Shown here piece after piece: positions 19,006 to 27,689 of a stretch of DNA of 64,000 bases (positions are counted from its first letter, which is position 1; every line of letters begins with the position of its first letter). A program made the translations under genes and the position numbers. This stretch comes from an uncultured Verrucomicrobiota bacterium (lineage in GTDB: Bacteria; Verrucomicrobiota; Verrucomicrobiia; Limisphaerales; UBA1319): assembly GCA_964538065.1 (NCBI GenBank), contig CAZIDG010000002.1, forward strand, positions 25,229-89,228, written 5' to 3'. Below the pieces are notes generated by a model. That model worked only from the letters and a program-made list of their open reading frames with translations. It searched no databases and was not told where the DNA came from.

Positions 19006-22000
19006 ATGGTGTGGAATGGAAGAATGAAACAGCTTCGTATTGAATTGAAAGTGGTTGATGGAAAACAACGCGTTGCTTTGGCGTGCAAAACAGCGGATCA
19101 GGCGCCATGGCAATACTGGGAACGGCCGTTTTTCTATCAGCTACCACAGCCTGTCCGGGATGAATGGACTTGGTACTGGAGTGAGTACGCCTTCAATCCT
19201 TGGGCGCCCCAAGAGGCGCGCGCGGCACAGTTTGAGCGCAATATTGAACAGGCTGGTGCTGATCTGTTTAAAGCCTTGTTTGATGAGTCGGAAGCCGCTT
19301 CCTTGTATTCGCAGGTCGCCGATGATCTTTCCGCCCTGTGTGTAACCATTCACCACGGGGGTGCCATTGGCTGTAAAATCCCATGGGAGTTGATCCGTGA
19401 TCCCGCCCGGGGCGACTATGGCTGGTTGGCACGTTCAACGCGCGCCTTTTCCAGGACTGTTTCCCGCAACGTGTCGCCGGATCAGTTTCTTGAGAATCAT
19501 CGGCTCAAAGTCGTTTTTGTCCCGGAAAGGTCTGACGCAGGGGCTTGTACTGATCCATCACTGATGCTCTCGATCATGGAAATGATGCGCGAGCATCAGG
19601 ACCGTCTTGAATTGCAAATTCCAAGGGGAGATCTCATGACCTCCTTGCGGGAGTGCCCCGCAGGTTCGGATAAAGGCGCACATGTCGTTCATCTTGAATG
19701 TCGAGTCGTTGACAGCCCGGATCACAAGAAGCAGTTGGCCATTCGAGGTGTTGAGGGAGAGACCTGTTGTTCCGTGCTTGATTTTGTAAAGATGGCCCGG
19801 CCAGTGTTGGTTCTTCTGGACTGCGTCAATGCGTCATCCCGTTCAGTTTGGCAGGAGTTTTATGACGCATTAAGCGATTTGCTCGAGGAACACACACCCG
19901 TCGTGATTGCCCTGCCTCCTGGCGTGAGCCGATCCGCTCGTTTGCTCTATTGGTCGCGTTTATATGAGCATTTGCTGAATGGTGAGGACGCCTCCGCGGC
20001 GGCTACGGCGGCCCGGAATGAATTGTGGAATACCCCTCTTCGAGCGTCTGCAATCGGGGAGGTGATGGTTCGCGATTGGATGGCACCCGTTGTGTATGCT
20101 GACAGGTCGCTTCGAATGAATGCTGCAGGCCTGCCGACAGTCCGCTTTAAGGCTCCGTCGATAGTCGCACATCAGACAAAGGCCGCCAATGAAATGGACG
20201 CGCCTGAATTGCCTGCCTTGGGTCTGGTCGGGCGCGATCATGACATTCTGAACATTGAATGCCTGCTGCACAAACACACAACCGTCCTCATCGATGGCCT
20301 GTTTGGTGTGGGAAAAACCGAAGTGGCGATGGCCTGGGTCCGCTGGCATGCAGAATTGGAACGCTTCATGGGACCTGTTCTGTTCTTTCGCTTTCAAAAC
20401 CACGTCCCTCCGATGCAGGTTTATGATCGAATCAGCCAGTTGTTCCAGGAGGAAATCCGCGCATTGTATCAGCGGGAAGTGCCTCAATTGAACGCGGTTG
20501 AACGCCGGAAGACGGTGGTCGATTTATTGCGGAACACCCCATGCGTGATGGTGTGGAGTAATTTTGAAATGGTAACAGGTTTTCCCCCCGGTTCCCCCTC
20601 AGCTTGGTCTGAGGCGGAACAGAAGGAGTTGCGTGACTTTATCGCCGCTCTCGAAGGAGGAAAAACGCGCATTTTGATTACTTCGCGACAGGACGAGCCC
20701 TGGCTTGGCACGGCATACGGGCGAATGTCATTGGGCGGGCTTGGCATGCATGATGCGCAGTTGCTCGCGGTTCAGGCCATGCGACGCGCTGGAATGTCGT
20801 TGCGTCTTATCAGGGATCTCAAGGACTACACCTGCCTCCTCGCCTTTGTGCGTGGCAATTCTCTAGGCATCCAGATTGTGGCGCCGGAGCTGCGACGGCA
20901 GGATGCCGCCGCCGTGTTGGAAAACCTCATGAAAGGCGAATCCGAGTGTGGAGAGGCCAGGGCATTCGACCTTCTTGTCAAGCATCGCTTGGATAGTCTC
21001 GATGTCGCTTTTCGGCGCAGGCTTGCTGTTCTGGGCATGTTTGATGGTTTTGTTTCCGCCCGTGTCCTGGCCGCCATGTCAGCACACCAATCCGCGCCAT
21101 CCTGGCTGCGGGATCTCACACGGGAGGACTGGATTCGCCTTTTGGACGTCGCTTCGGAGTTGGGTCTGTTGCGAAGAGTGAATGAGGGGGCCTATGCCAT
21201 TCATATGGCGCTGCAAAACAGCTACGACAGGTTGATGCGCGATTTTTACGCTGATCATATGAATTGGCTGGAGCAGGTCTTCTGTCTGATCGTGGGACGA
21301 ACGGGTAATCAGTTGTTCCAGATTTTTCAGGCGAATGCGGAATTCGCCTTCAACTTGCTCAACGCCGAGCAATTTAACCTGTTCAAGGCCTGTCGTCTGG
21401 CACGACGCCGGCGCGATTTTGACTGCCTCAAGGAGATTCTGTGTGGGCTGCGTACCTTGCTGATCTCCACAGGCCGCTGGTCCGAGTGGGAGACGTTGAT
21501 TGGCGATCTGGAGGCAGACATGGCAAGCCTGGCTCCGGAGCGCGATCGGAATGCTGAAATACTCTGGTTCCGTCTTGTGGGACATCGTGCTGAGTTGTGC
21601 GAATACCGCCGCGATTTCTCGGGTTTGCGTGCCCTTCATGCGGGACTGGGCACCATGTTCCCGGAATTGAGCGGCACCACAATGCATGAGGATGTCCTGG
21701 ATGATCTTGGGGCCATCGCTGAGTCCCGCCAGTTGACAGAGGAAGCAGAGCGATTTTACCTCAAAAGCCTCTCTTTGAAACAGCAGTCTGGTGATCAGTC
21801 GGGGCAGGGGAGCACCCTGCTGAGGTTGGCGGATTTAGCTTTTGCTACCCGGCATTTCCGCGAGGCCGAGCAATGGCTCATCCAGGCACTGGACCTGGCT
21901 CGCCAGTTGGGGGATGAGGACAAGCAGGCCACCCTGTGCTGCAGATTGGGGGCTGTGGAGCAGGAACGTGGTTATTTCGAGGATGCTGAAAATTACTACG

Positions 22001-22560
22001 AGCAGAGTCTCGCCATCCGCACTGAACTCGGAGACCAACCGCGACAGGCCCTGGCACTGCATCAACTGGGTCGCATGGCTCATGAACGCAAGGATTACGT
22101 CATGGCCGCCCAGCGATACTTGGAAAGCCTCGCCATTCGGGAGAAAATTAGCGATCTTTCGGGCGTTTCTGCAACCCTGCATCAGTTGGGGCGCATGGCG
22201 CGTGATCAAAAGCAGTTTCTTAAAGCCAGAGATTATTTCCTGCAAGCCCTGGCCATTCGTGACAGGTTGGGCGATGAGCCGGGCCAGGCCCAAACCAGTC
22301 ATCAGTTGGGAAACGTGGCCTTCCTTCAGAGTCAGTTGGATGAAGCCACATCATGGTATCAAAAAAGCCTCGCCATCCGGGAGAAACTTGGTGATGTTCA
22401 CGGTCAGGCCCGGAATTTGAATCAATTGGGAAAAATCGCCCAGCTCAATCATGATGGTCCAGGAGCTGAGGCTTGTTTCAGCAGGGCGGAGGCCCTTTTT
22501 AAGGATCTCCAGAATCCAATGAGCGGATTGAAAGATGGCACCAAATGGGTGTCATCCTGA
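19006..22560 (+). CDS. CHAT/caspase-like N-terminal module + STAND (NB-ARC-type) P-loop NTPase + TPR-like repeat protein (1184 aa)
   Basis: N-terminal motifs in order: PWELI, GAHVVHLEC (His229), RPVLVLLDCVNASS (Cys273), LYEHLLNGEDASAAATAARNEL. Walker A GLFGVGKT at nt 20296-20319. The Walker-B position reads VMVWSNFE. C-terminal seven 40-aa TPR-like units. Alternative start ATG at 19024 (MKQLRIEL). Confidence 0.9.
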   Translation: MVWNGRMKQLRIELKVVDGKQRVALACKTADQAPWQYWERPFFYQLPQPVRDEWTWYWSEYAFNPWAPQEARAAQFERNIEQAGADLFKALFDESEAASLYSQVADDLSALCVTIHHGGAIGCKIPWELIRDPARGDYGWLARSTRAFSRTVSRNVSPDQFLENHRLKVVFVPERSDAGACTDPSLMLSIMEMMREHQDRLELQIPRGDLMTSLRECPAGSDKGAHVVHLECRVVDSPDHKKQLAIRGVEGETCCSVLDFVKMARPVLVLLDCVNASSRSVWQEFYDALSDLLEEHTPVVIALPPGVSRSARLLYWSRLYEHLLNGEDASAAATAARNELWNTPLRASAIGEVMVRDWMAPVVYADRSLRMNAAGLPTVRFKAPSIVAHQTKAANEMDAPELPALGLVGRDHDILNIECLLHKHTTVLIDGLFGVGKTEVAMAWVRWHAELERFMGPVLFFRFQNHVPPMQVYDRISQLFQEEIRALYQREVPQLNAVERRKTVVDLLRNTPCVMVWSNFEMVTGFPPGSPSAWSEAEQKELRDFIAALEGGKTRILITSRQDEPWLGTAYGRMSLGGLGMHDAQLLAVQAMRRAGMSLRLIRDLKDYTCLLAFVRGNSLGIQIVAPELRRQDAAAVLENLMKGESECGEARAFDLLVKHRLDSLDVAFRRRLAVLGMFDGFVSARVLAAMSAHQSAPSWLRDLTREDWIRLLDVASELGLLRRVNEGAYAIHMALQNSYDRLMRDFYADHMNWLEQVFCLIVGRTGNQLFQIFQANAEFAFNLLNAEQFNLFKACRLARRRRDFDCLKEILCGLRTLLISTGRWSEWETLIGDLEADMASLAPERDRNAEILWFRLVGHRAELCEYRRDFSGLRALHAGLGTMFPELSGTTMHEDVLDDLGAIAESRQLTEEAERFYLKSLSLKQQSGDQSGQGSTLLRLADLAFATRHFREAEQWLIQALDLARQLGDEDKQATLCCRLGAVEQERGYFEDAENYYEQSLAIRTELGDQPRQALALHQLGRMAHERKDYVMAAQRYLESLAIREKISDLSGVSATLHQLGRMARDQKQFLKARDYFLQALAIRDRLGDEPGQAQTSHQLGNVAFLQSQLDEATSWYQKSLAIREKLGDVHGQARNLNQLGKIAQLNHDGPGAEACFSRAEALFKDLQNPMSGLKDGTKWVSS
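21706..22515 (+). repeat. Coding tandem repeat: seven 40-aa (120-nt) TPR-like units inside the STAND gene
   Basis: The block encoding [SA]L[AS][IL][RK]..[LS]GD recurs at 21769, 21889, 22009, 22129, 22249 and 22369, with a degenerate copy at 22489. The spacing is exactly 120 nt. Examples: CTCGCCATCCGC, CTCGCCATTCGG, CTGGCCATTCGT, CTCGCCATCCGG. Confidence 0.75.
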
Positions 22561-23396
22561 TCTTCATCATGAGTTATCAGGAATACGCTGAGAATGATTT
22601 TCGTCTTCGGGTGTATGGAGACCCATGCAAGCCGTGTCTGGTCCATATACCTGGCATTCATGGGGACTGGACGCTGGTGCAAAGCTTCCGGGCTGCTGTA
22701 AATGGGAAGGTCTGCTTTGTCGGCATGAGCTATCCCCAATCCACTGAATGGCGTCTGCCTGAATATGCCGAAATGGTGCGCAAAATGCTCGCCAGGGCGG
22801 GGATTGGCGAGGCTTGGCTCATCGGGGAATCCTTTGGTTCTCAAGTGGCCTGGGAGTTTATCCGGCGTTTTCACAATCCTTCTCCCAGGCGCGAGGTGCC
22901 ATCAGATGAAGCCTCGTTCAGGATTCAGGGCTTGATTCTCGCAGGGGGCTTTGTGCGGCATCCAACGCCTGCTGGCGTCTGGTTTGCGCATGGTTTCTGG
23001 AGGATCCTGCCCCTGGCATGTCTTCGAGCGTTTCTTCCTTGTTATACGTGGATCGCCCGCTTGAGGCACCGGCATGCCCCGGAAACGCTTGATTATCTTG
23101 ACGAGTTTGTGAGTAGGCGAACCGCTCAGGATAAGGCCGCCATTGGTTATCGGTTTGAATTGATCGCCCGTAATGATCCACGTCGGATAGCAGAGGCGTT
23201 TGATCGCCCTGTGTACTATCTTACTGGAGGCATTGATCCGATTGTGCCATGGCCTTGGGTGCGCGCATGGTTGCGCCGCAACTGTGCCTCATTCAAGGAG
23301 TTCGTTGTCCTGCCTTGGGCCGACCATAACGTTCTGGGAACGGCTCCCCGTCAGTCTGCTGACATTATTTTGGGCTGGATGAGGCAGACTCCTTGA
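22545..23396 (+). CDS. Alpha/beta-fold serine hydrolase
   Basis: Nucleophile elbow GESFG, plus later acid (GGIDPIV) and His (WADHNVLG) candidates. The ATG at 22545 overlaps the STAND stop by 16 nt. An alternative ATG at 22569 lies 8 nt after that stop. Confidence 0.85.
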   Translation: MGVILIFIMSYQEYAENDFRLRVYGDPCKPCLVHIPGIHGDWTLVQSFRAAVNGKVCFVGMSYPQSTEWRLPEYAEMVRKMLARAGIGEAWLIGESFGSQVAWEFIRRFHNPSPRREVPSDEASFRIQGLILAGGFVRHPTPAGVWFAHGFWRILPLACLRAFLPCYTWIARLRHRHAPETLDYLDEFVSRRTAQDKAAIGYRFELIARNDPRRIAEAFDRPVYYLTGGIDPIVPWPWVRAWLRRNCASFKEFVVLPWADHNVLGTAPRQSADIILGWMRQTP

Positions 23397-23411
23397 ATTC
23401 AATCAATGAAA

Positions 23412-23432
23412 ACGCGCCCATTCGGGGCGCGT
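23412..23432. terminator. Hairpin between convergent genes; on the minus strand it is followed by TTTTC (candidate terminator for the PfkB-kinase operon)
   Basis: ACGCGCCC (23412-23419) pairs with GGGCGCGT (23425-23432), with loop ATTCG. Flanked by GAAAA on the plus strand, which reads TTTTC after the hairpin on the minus strand. Confidence 0.5.
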
Positions 23433-23463
23433 CATCATGAAAGGGAATTGTGCGGTGAATCGC

Positions 23464-24363
23464 TTAATAGCGCACCATTTTTTCAAATTCTGCCAGACGA
23501 CGCTTTACATCCGCCAGGGTTGTCTTGTTGGTTTGATTTAATCCAAATCCTTCACAGCAGAACGAGGCTACCACGGTTCCACAGACTATTGCTTTGCGCA
23601 GGTTCTTCTCGATGGCACCCTTTTGGCTGGCAAGATACCCCAACAGACCGCCAACAAATGAATCTCCAGCGCCAGTTGGATCCACGACTTTCTTTAACGG
23701 AAAAGCCGGTGCCATGAAAAATCCTTGGGATGAGGACAACATCGAACCGTGCTCGCCTTTTTTAATGATCACGAATTGGGGACCCAATCGGTGAATCTTG
23801 GCGGCGGCAGTAATGAGGTTGTCGTCTTTCGCCAATTGCTTGGCTTCGCTGTCATTGAGCACAAGGGCATCCACTCGTTTCAAGAGCCGCAGCAGATCCT
23901 TGAGCGCCGTGTTCAACCACAAATCCATGGTGTCAGCGACCACAAAACGTGGTTTCTCCATTTGATCCAGGACATAATGCTGGAGCGCTGGAGCGTTGTT
24001 CGCGAGCAGGACAAAGGGTGTTTTGCGATAGGATTCCGGCAAATCAGGCTTGAAGTCGCCCAGCACACCCAGTTCCGTGGAAAGGGTGCGTCGGTTGTTC
24101 ATGTTGACCTCGTATTCACCCGACCAATGGAATGTCTTCCCCTCAGCCATCTGAAGACCTGCGAGATCGATGCCATGCTTGCGAAATAGTTCGATGTAAC
24201 GTTTCGGAAAGTCCTTGCCGACGATGCCGACTAATTGCACAGGGGAGAAAAAACTGGCCGCAACCGCTGCATGGCTTCCGGAACCGCCCAAAAGGCACGG
24301 ATTTTCGGCCTTTGGGGTTTTAATCGAGTCCAACGCAGTCGATCCAACAACAAGTACGCTCAT
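23464..24363 (-). CDS. PfkB-family carbohydrate/nucleoside kinase
   Basis: 299 aa. N-terminal GG dipeptide region (LLGGSGSHAA) and C-terminal PfkB signature DPTGAGDSFVGG. Confidence 0.85.
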   Translation of the reverse strand: MSVLVVGSTALDSIKTPKAENPCLLGGSGSHAAVAASFFSPVQLVGIVGKDFPKRYIELFRKHGIDLAGLQMAEGKTFHWSGEYEVNMNNRRTLSTELGVLGDFKPDLPESYRKTPFVLLANNAPALQHYVLDQMEKPRFVVADTMDLWLNTALKDLLRLLKRVDALVLNDSEAKQLAKDDNLITAAAKIHRLGPQFVIIKKGEHGSMLSSSQGFFMAPAFPLKKVVDPTGAGDSFVGGLLGYLASQKGAIEKNLRKAIVCGTVVASFCCEGFGLNQTNKTTLADVKRRLAEFEKMVRY

Positions 24364-24387
24364 AGGTATTATGCAAATGATTGAATA

Positions 24388-25065
24388 TCAGGCTAAACGA
24401 CGTTTAAATTCCTGGCAAGCCTTTGCAATATTGGGTGCCTTCAATATGGCAGAGACCACACAAATGCGCCGTGCACCTGCCTCCATCACCCGATCCAGTG
24501 TCTCCAGATTAATGCCTCCAATGGCGAACCATGGCAGGGTAATGTGCAGCGAGGCCCATCGAACATATTCAAGCGTGGCCGGACTGGCTTCAGGCTTCGT
24601 TGCCGTGGCGAATACAGGACCCACCCCCAGGTAAGCAGCACCCGCTTTAATGGCTCGTTGGGCTTGATCGGGACTATGTGAACTGAGCCCTGCTTGAATG
24701 GCACTGTTCGGTGGAATTAATGAGGAAACATGGTGCAGACCAGCGTCAAAGAAATCTTCCTGCCCCAAGTGGAAATAAGGGACTCCCAGGTCGAGTGCGA
24801 CTTGATAGTGATCATTTATAACCAGCGCAATACCAGCCTCTTGTGTTATTGGTAATATCAATTCCGCCATTGTGCGAACGGCCTCGATGGATGAGTGCTT
24901 GGCCCTAAGCTGGATGATATCCGTGCCCCCCTCGCATAGCTCCTTGGTGACCTCTGCGGGCGTTTTGGTGCCCAGATAGGCGGTATCGACAAAGCCATAC
25001 AAATAACATTGTTCGAGGGGTTTGATGAACATGCAGTGCTCCAATCTCTTGATCCAGACAGTCAA
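24388..25065 (-). CDS. thiE: Thiamine-phosphate synthase
   Basis: TMP-TENI family pattern: LYGFVD ... GGTDIIQLRAK ... LVINDHYQVALDLG..HLGQED ... YLGVGPVFATATK ... FAIGGI. Alternative start ATG at 25032. Confidence 0.85.
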   Translation of the reverse strand: MTVWIKRLEHCMFIKPLEQCYLYGFVDTAYLGTKTPAEVTKELCEGGTDIIQLRAKHSSIEAVRTMAELILPITQEAGIALVINDHYQVALDLGVPYFHLGQEDFFDAGLHHVSSLIPPNSAIQAGLSSHSPDQAQRAIKAGAAYLGVGPVFATATKPEASPATLEYVRWASLHITLPWFAIGGINLETLDRVMEAGARRICVVSAILKAPNIAKACQEFKRRLA

Positions 25066-25095
25066 GAGTGACGAATCCTCTTTTGTGACAGGGTA

Positions 25096-26478
25096 TTAGG
25101 CCCGGTCCTCGATCAATTCCCGGCGCGCTCCGCCCAGCAACTGTTCCACGAAACTGGTCGCATAGACCCCACGCCTGAAGTTGGGATCCTGCAGAATCGC
25201 CTGTTCAAATGGAATGGTCGTTTTGATGCCTGTGATCATGTATTCGTTCAAGGCCCGGCTCATCCGGCTCATGGCCTGGCGCCGATCCTTTCCGAAGGCA
25301 ACCAGCTTGCCGATCATCGAATCGTAGTTCGGAGGAATCATGTATCCTGCATAGGCATGGCTATCCACGCGTATGCCAGGACCACCAGGCGCAAAATACA
25401 TCTCAATCCGCCCAGGGCTTGGACGAAATTCATCAAATGGATCTTCCGCGTTGATGCGGCATTCAATGGCATGACCACGAATCTGAACATCGCTCTGGCT
25501 GATCTTGAGCGGCTCACCCATGGCGATAAGGATCTGTTGCTGAACCAAGTCAATGCCTGTAACCTCTTCTGTTATAGGATGTTCAACTTGGACACGCTTG
25601 TTGACTTCCAGAAAATAAAATTGGCCCTGATCATCCACGATGAATTCCACCGTGCCGGCATTGGTATAATGGGCAATCTCGGCAATTCTAACAGCCGCCT
25701 TGCCCATCTTCTTGCGCAAGTCCTTGAATTTGTTCTCGATAAGCGGCGATGGCGTCTCTTCAACCACTTTCTGATTGCGACGCTGAATGGAACAATCGCG
25801 TTCACCCAAGTGGATGATATTGCCCCGATTGTCTGCAAGAATTTGAAACTCAATATGATGGGAGTTCTCGATGAATTTCTCGATGTAAACCCCTGAGTTG
25901 CCAAAGGCCTTTTCGGCTTCATTCCTTGCCGAATGATATCCTTTGAGCAGCGATATATCATTATGCGCCACCCTCATGCCACAACCGCCACCACCGGCCA
26001 CCGCCTTGATCATGACCGGATACCCAACACGCTTCGCTGTGGCAAGCGCATCTTGTTCATTATCAACGATGCCATCCGACCCTGGAGGAGGGAGCACACC
26101 CGCCTTTTTAGCCAGTTCACGACTCACCGCCTTGTCTTCCAGGGCGTTCATCGCACGCGAACTGGGCCCGATGAAGCGAATGTTGCAGTTCTCGCAAACG
26201 TCGGCAAAGTGAGCGTTTTCCGCCAGGAAACCATAACCGGGATGGATGGCATCCACATCCGCGATTTCCGCAGCACTTACCAACCGTTCAATCCGCAGAT
26301 AGCTTTCCGAGGCTGGAGCCTTGCCGATGCAGATGGCCTCATCAGCCAGTTGCACATGCATCGAGTTGGCATCAGCCTCCGAATAGACGGCCACTGTGCG
26401 AATATTAAGTTCTTTGCAAGCGCGGATGATGCGGACTGCAATTTCTCCACGATTGGCAACGAGGATCTTTTCAAACAT
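25096..26478 (-). CDS. accC: Acetyl-CoA carboxylase, biotin carboxylase subunit
   Basis: Starts [29 protein letters not shown]-grasp motifs GGGGCGMRV and [14 protein letters not shown]. 460 aa, a near-textbook AccC. Confidence 0.95.
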   Translation of the reverse strand: MFEKILVANRGEIAVRIIRACKELNIRTVAVYSEADANSMHVQLADEAICIGKAPASESYLRIERLVSAAEIADVDAIHPGYGFLAENAHFADVCENCNIRFIGPSSRAMNALEDKAVSRELAKKAGVLPPPGSDGIVDNEQDALATAKRVGYPVMIKAVAGGGGCGMRVAHNDISLLKGYHSARNEAEKAFGNSGVYIEKFIENSHHIEFQILADNRGNIIHLGERDCSIQRRNQKVVEETPSPLIENKFKDLRKKMGKAAVRIAEIAHYTNAGTVEFIVDDQGQFYFLEVNKRVQVEHPITEEVTGIDLVQQQILIAMGEPLKISQSDVQIRGHAIECRINAEDPFDEFRPSPGRIEMYFAPGGPGIRVDSHAYAGYMIPPNYDSMIGKLVAFGKDRRQAMSRMSRALNEYMITGIKTTIPFEQAILQDPNFRRGVYATSFVEQLLGGARRELIEDRA

Positions 26479-26526
26479 GAAACGATGCGGAAATGTAAAC
26501 GGTTATGGTTGTGTCAATTATGACTA

Positions 26527-26994
26527 TCAGCTGGGGCGCAGACGGAAGAGTGGCTGGCCGAATTCAATCGGCTTGCCGTTTTCGGCCAACACTTGCGTGA
26601 TGACCCCACGGGCCTCAGCCTTGATCTCATTCATCACCTTCATGGCCTCGACAATGCAAACAACAGTGTCGGGACCAACTTCAGCACCGATATCCACATA
26701 GGGAGCAGCTTCAGGCGTTGGAGCCCTGTAAAAAGTGCCAACCATGGGCGACTTGATGTCGATCTCATTCGAGGCTGGTTGAGCCACTTGAGGAACCGGA
26801 GGTGCAGGAACCGCCAATGTAGCCTGCGGTGTGGCATACGCTACGATGGGAGTATCATCCTGGTAAACCGCGGATGATCCGCCGTTGGCCACTCGTTTGA
26901 GACGGATTTTGAAATCCTGTTTTTCCAACTCGAGCTCCGAGACGGCATTTTTCCTCATCAAATCAATGATGGCTTTAATGTCTTTTAAGTCCAC
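26527..26994 (-). CDS. accB: Acetyl-CoA carboxylase, biotin carboxyl carrier protein
   Basis: Biotinyl-Lys motif VEAMKVMNEI and an A/P-rich linker. A GTG at 26994 gives the typical N-terminus VDLKDIKAIIDLM and is preceded by GGAGAAGG eight nt upstream. The longest ORF reaches 27081, but its extra 29 aa look non-native. Confidence 0.85.
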   Translation of the reverse strand: MDLKDIKAIIDLMRKNAVSELELEKQDFKIRLKRVANGGSSAVYQDDTPIVAYATPQATLAVPAPPVPQVAQPASNEIDIKSPMVGTFYRAPTPEAAPYVDIGAEVGPDTVVCIVEAMKVMNEIKAEARGVITQVLAENGKPIEFGQPLFRLRPS

Positions 26995-27215
26995 AAAACC
27001 TTCTCCACTTAAATTCCTGACACGGTCTCCTGAGACCGCTCTGTCTATTTGTAAAAAGAGCAGTGATCGACTTGCCGACACTGCTCATCCGTTATTTCAA
27101 TAACGCGATGAGATTACGACATGTGAACTTGGACGTCAAGTCCTGAATACGGAAGGTGAAATTGGGGGCAAAAAACGGCTATTTTTGCTCAATAATGCAC
27201 AGAAAAGACGCGATT

Positions 27216-27659
27216 TTAACGCGTTAACGATAGCGACGCCTCGAGCGCCAAAAGGTAGGACTGAACCCCAAATCCCGCGATGACTCCCCGACATACGGGC
27301 GCGATCATTGATCGATGTCTGAACTCTTCCCGTGCATGGACATTGCTGAGATGAATCTCAATCGTGGGCAAACCGACACCTGCAATCGCATCGCGCAACG
27401 CAATGCTGGTATGAGTGTAGGCTGCAGCGTTAATGATGATAACGTCGGCTTGGTTTCGTGCTTCTTGAATCCACGTCACCAGTTCGCCCTCATGGTTCGA
27501 TTGCCGAAAATCGACTGCGACTTTGAGCTGAGCAGCCTTGGCTTTAACTTGTTGCTCAATGTCTTGTAATGAGGCATTCCCATATACCTCAGGCTCCCGC
27601 AAACCCAGCAGGTTGAGATTCGGACCATTGAGAAACAAGACTTTCATCTCGCCCGACAT
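27216..27659 (-). CDS. aroQ: Type II 3-dehydroquinate dehydratase
   Basis: LNGPNLNLLGLREPEVYG ... NHEGELV ... IIINAAAYTHTSIALRDA ... EIHLSNVHAREEFR. The aroQ-accB-accC gene order is a widely conserved arrangement. Confidence 0.95.
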   Translation of the reverse strand: MSGEMKVLFLNGPNLNLLGLREPEVYGNASLQDIEQQVKAKAAQLKVAVDFRQSNHEGELVTWIQEARNQADVIIINAAAYTHTSIALRDAIAGVGLPTIEIHLSNVHAREEFRHRSMIAPVCRGVIAGFGVQSYLLALEASLSLTR

Positions 27660-27689
27660 TCTATCACCATCCCCAGTCGTTGTCGAATG

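Noticed and set aside
21079-21687. 202-aa minus-strand ORF inside the STAND gene
   Set aside because: It is antisense to a continuous 1184-aa ORF with P-loop and TPR periodicity. It has no features of its own.
21706-22515. Regular 120-nt periodicity that could be mistaken for a CRISPR-like or satellite array
   Set aside because: The periodicity is in frame within the STAND ORF and encodes TPR-like helices. The repeats are only ~50-70% identical at the DNA level and have no unique spacers.
25066-25095. Possible TPP riboswitch ahead of thiE
   Set aside because: Only 30 nt (at most 63 nt with the alternative start) separate accC from thiE. That is too short for a THI-box element.
26995-27081. 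29-aa N-terminal extension of accB in the longest ORF
   Set aside because: The GTG at 26994 has a GGAG-type ribosome-binding site and yields the canonical BCCP N-terminus. The extension is not BCCP-like. The upstream ATG cannot be formally excluded.
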